39,668 nucleotides of DNA from Moniliella sp. 'wahieum' (taxonomy: Eukaryota), in contig RSEE01000076.1 of the NCBI GenBank assembly GCA_003971905.1, positions 310,001 to 349,668 of the forward strand. The letters are read 5' to 3'. The position numbers and the translations under genes were made by a program. The notes beneath the pieces were generated by a model. It was not told where the DNA came from, ran no database searches, and saw nothing but the letters and a program-made list of their open reading frames with translations. The stretch's first letter is position 1. Each line of letters begins with the position of its first letter. Of this stretch, positions 37,031 through 39,668 are shown piece after piece.

Positions 37031-39668
37031 CTAATGACCCGGATGAGCAACGTACCTTCCCGGCGGAGGTGGGTTATGTTGGCCAGGGAAGGAGCTCATG
37101 ATGGGTGTGCCAAGCGGGTGGGCAGAATGACCCATGGCATAGTAACCAACCGGCGCAGCGTACCACCCCGGCGGTACGGCTGTGTGCGTGTGCGCATGCC
37201 CTCCCCGCGGTGGGGGATGATGAGACGTGCGTTGTGCACGAGGAGCAGGGGAAGTGGGTACACGACTTGTTCGGTGGGGAGGTAAGACCGCTTCTGTCGA
37301 AGCAGGGATGGAAGGCAGCTGGCCAGCTCGTTGCGCGGGCGTGGTCGGGGCGGAGGTACGGCCTGGCGGGATGCGGGAGAGCAAGGCAAGGTCCGTATGC
37401 GAGAACGAGGTACGGTGGAGAGAAGGATGACGTGCTCGGCTGCTTGGGGACTTGCGATGGAGGTCCTGGCGGCGTGCGAAGGACTGGCCCATGGTCCGGC
37501 CGGCAGAGGCGCGCCCCAGTCGCCCGAAGGAGGGAGAACTGCACTAGCTGAACGAGGCAGTCGGATGCCTTGGCTTGTAGAACTGTGTCGGCTTCGTTCG
37601 CCTCCAGTAACGACCTGGAGAGATGGGCGGTGTGTGCAACGTCTCGCGAGATGGTCGCGTCTTTGGTCCTGCAGCAGGAGCAGGAGCAGGAGCAGGAGCA
37701 GAAGCAGGAACAGGAGCAGGAGCAGGAAGCGGATTAGGTGCTCGCATCGTAGCCGTAAGGCAGTACTGGGACTGGGACTGCGAGCATGCCGGATCGTAGG
37801 AGCAGGATCGGGGCTAGGAGCTCGCCGGGTACGACTGGATGCGCGACTGAGAGACTGCCGCGGCGTCTGCCAATCCTCCCTCTCGTCGTCTGAGGAGGGC
37901 GGGGTCAACTGCGGAGGAGGGGAGGAAGCTCGGCTGAATCTGGGGCTGGTCGGGCGAAGCTGATGCTCAGGCAAGCTAGATAGCTGTTTGGGTGGGGGGA
38001 GAGTAAGCGAGCTTGGAGCGCTTGTAACTTTGTTCCAGTTCTGCTCCATGGGGCGGGGTGGGATCTGTGAGCATGTTGACCGAGCTCGTGGGTATTGAGG
38101 AGCCGTTTTGCACATGCCTAGTCTCGGACGAAGAGGCGTGCTCGCCCGCGCCTTCGCTTTCCCCGAAAGCGGCCAAGAGAGAAAGACGAGAATCGGTGGG
38201 TGAATGCGCAGCAGGACTGGGCACAGTGTCCACGGCATTCGCTTCGGCGGCTGATTTGAACGACGGCGGCGAGGCCTTGGACTGGGTATGCGCGTCTTGT
38301 CGTTTTGTGTCGGACGATTCGGCTGGCGCGCCAGGTGGCCCTGCAATCGCCGTTGAAGGTGCGCCCGGCCGTGAAGATCGAGCGATCGAGGCCGGTAGCT
38401 GGATGGATCCTACGCCCGTCGTGCTCAGCCCACAAGATGAGCCGTGTGCTGTCGAGCGGGCCAAGGAGGAAGAAGGTAAATACGCCCCCATCGTGCCCAT
38501 GGAAGCACTTGTGTTGAGGCCAGCCCGTGTTGGGTTGCCCTGAGTCTGTGCAGCCAGGGCGGCGGCCGCGTAAGCAGCAGCGTACCCCCTACCGGCGGGG
38601 AAGTAGGCGATGCAGGCGAAGTGGGAGCGAAGAAGAGGGTAGCGGCTTCACGGTGAGAGACGGACTTGCCAACGCATACAGTGAAGAGGAAGTGTGACTG
38701 GATCGGATGGTGGCATCCCGCGAGCTGCTGGTGTTGGCCCGATGGGAGGTGGGTGCATGCGAATGCCCGTTCTTGCTCCACGGTGCCGGTCGGCGTTGGC
38801 TTAGTTTCCGTTGAAGTCGCTCCGCCGTTTCACGGGCGGCTTGCGCTTTGGCATATTCCCGCGACAGTTGTGCGGCCGGAGAGAGAACGGTCTTTGGCTG
38901 AGGGAAGCGTTGCGTAGCAGGTGCACCAGGGCGCCATTCCCGGTGCCGCACCGCTTTGTGCAGCTGGGTCGTGATTGTTAGGAGACGCCGGGACAGCGAC
39001 ATGAGCCAAAGCAGCTACACGAGGTGAAAAGGAGACGGGATATTTGGTTCCGGGATCTGGTGCGGCGCGATCGTGGGGATGGAGCCATCAGGGAGGACGT
39101 GCACTTCGGCGCCAAGGTTGGGGCGTAGTTAAGGTAGGTAAACGGCCATGCGGTGCGCAAAGCTCGGCGCCGCCGTCCAACGCTGCAGGGCCTGCGTTCG
39201 TTCCGTCACTTCAGCCTCAACCGGCGCCGAAAGCAGGGCTTCGGGTGTGGCTCGTTTGCCTGCCACCGCTTCGGCCACCAAGGGCGACGGAATCAGCTCC
39301 GACCCGTATCGGCGCTGGAACCAGCCGAGCTCCACATCGTGGCTCCGTGACAGGGGCCGGATGAGCCGTTGCATCACCTTTTTCCGTGCTAATGCTACCC
39401 CCAAGCATCGGATCGAAGACGGGTGGACTCGTGGCCTTGCAGCAGCACAGCTGGGTTCATTGAGCGCGGGTAGACCAGCGTAACGGTGCTGGGGACCACC
39501 ACCACCCCAGCCCCCTGAGCTGTCTTGGCCAAGGCCGTCCCCGCGCCTGATAGAGCCCCAGGCGAGGTGGTTGGAGGCAACTGCCCGGCAACGAACTCTG
39601 CTTAGAAAGCGGCGTAGCCGGCTGCGAACGCTTGCCACCCCCCCCAAACTGGCACGAAGGACTTCAAA
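37031..39668 (-). CDS. Hypothetical low-complexity protein (frameshifted; start uncertain, possibly beyond the window)
   Basis: Chain of overlapping minus-strand ORFs (39129, 38589, 37976, 37096, 37544, 37031) with S/P/R-rich composition, a helical EYAKAQAARETAERLQRKL segment and an end at PPPPGRYVAHPGH*. Confidence 0.5.
37675..37729. repeat. Imperfect (CAGGAG)n hexamer repeat, probably encoding (PA)n on the minus strand
   Basis: CAGGAG repeated with variants CAGAAG and CAGGAA. Confidence 0.85.

Overview
GC-rich eukaryotic DNA, most likely from an intron-poor basidiomycete fungus (inferred from gene content and short GTACGT/GTATGT...CTRAY...YAG introns). Recognisable genes, left to right: the 5' end of a probable membrane protein, an ELYS-like nucleoporin, a low-complexity hypothetical protein, phosphatidylserine decarboxylase 2, an intron-containing tRNA-Ser(CGA), an S9 acylaminoacyl peptidase, signal peptidase subunit SPC2, TFIIH helicase XPB/Ssl2, MTHFR, monothiol glutaredoxin Grx4, a probable CINP-like protein, a Cys-motif hypothetical protein, an RWD/DUF1115 protein and a further low-complexity gene. 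Nearly every CDS is broken by small indels, including essential genes, which points to uncorrected sequencing or assembly error, so CDS coordinates are outer bounds. The most unusual signal is non-coding: about 20 sites follow one rule, a direct duplication of a 5-mer (NNTNA or TNANN) with a 2-nt spacer that is the reverse complement of the adjacent 2 nt (e.g. CTTCA-AG-CTTCA, TCACA-TG-TCACA), often iterated. This resembles a 5-bp target duplication plus P-nucleotides from hairpin-sealed breaks; that mechanism is inference.
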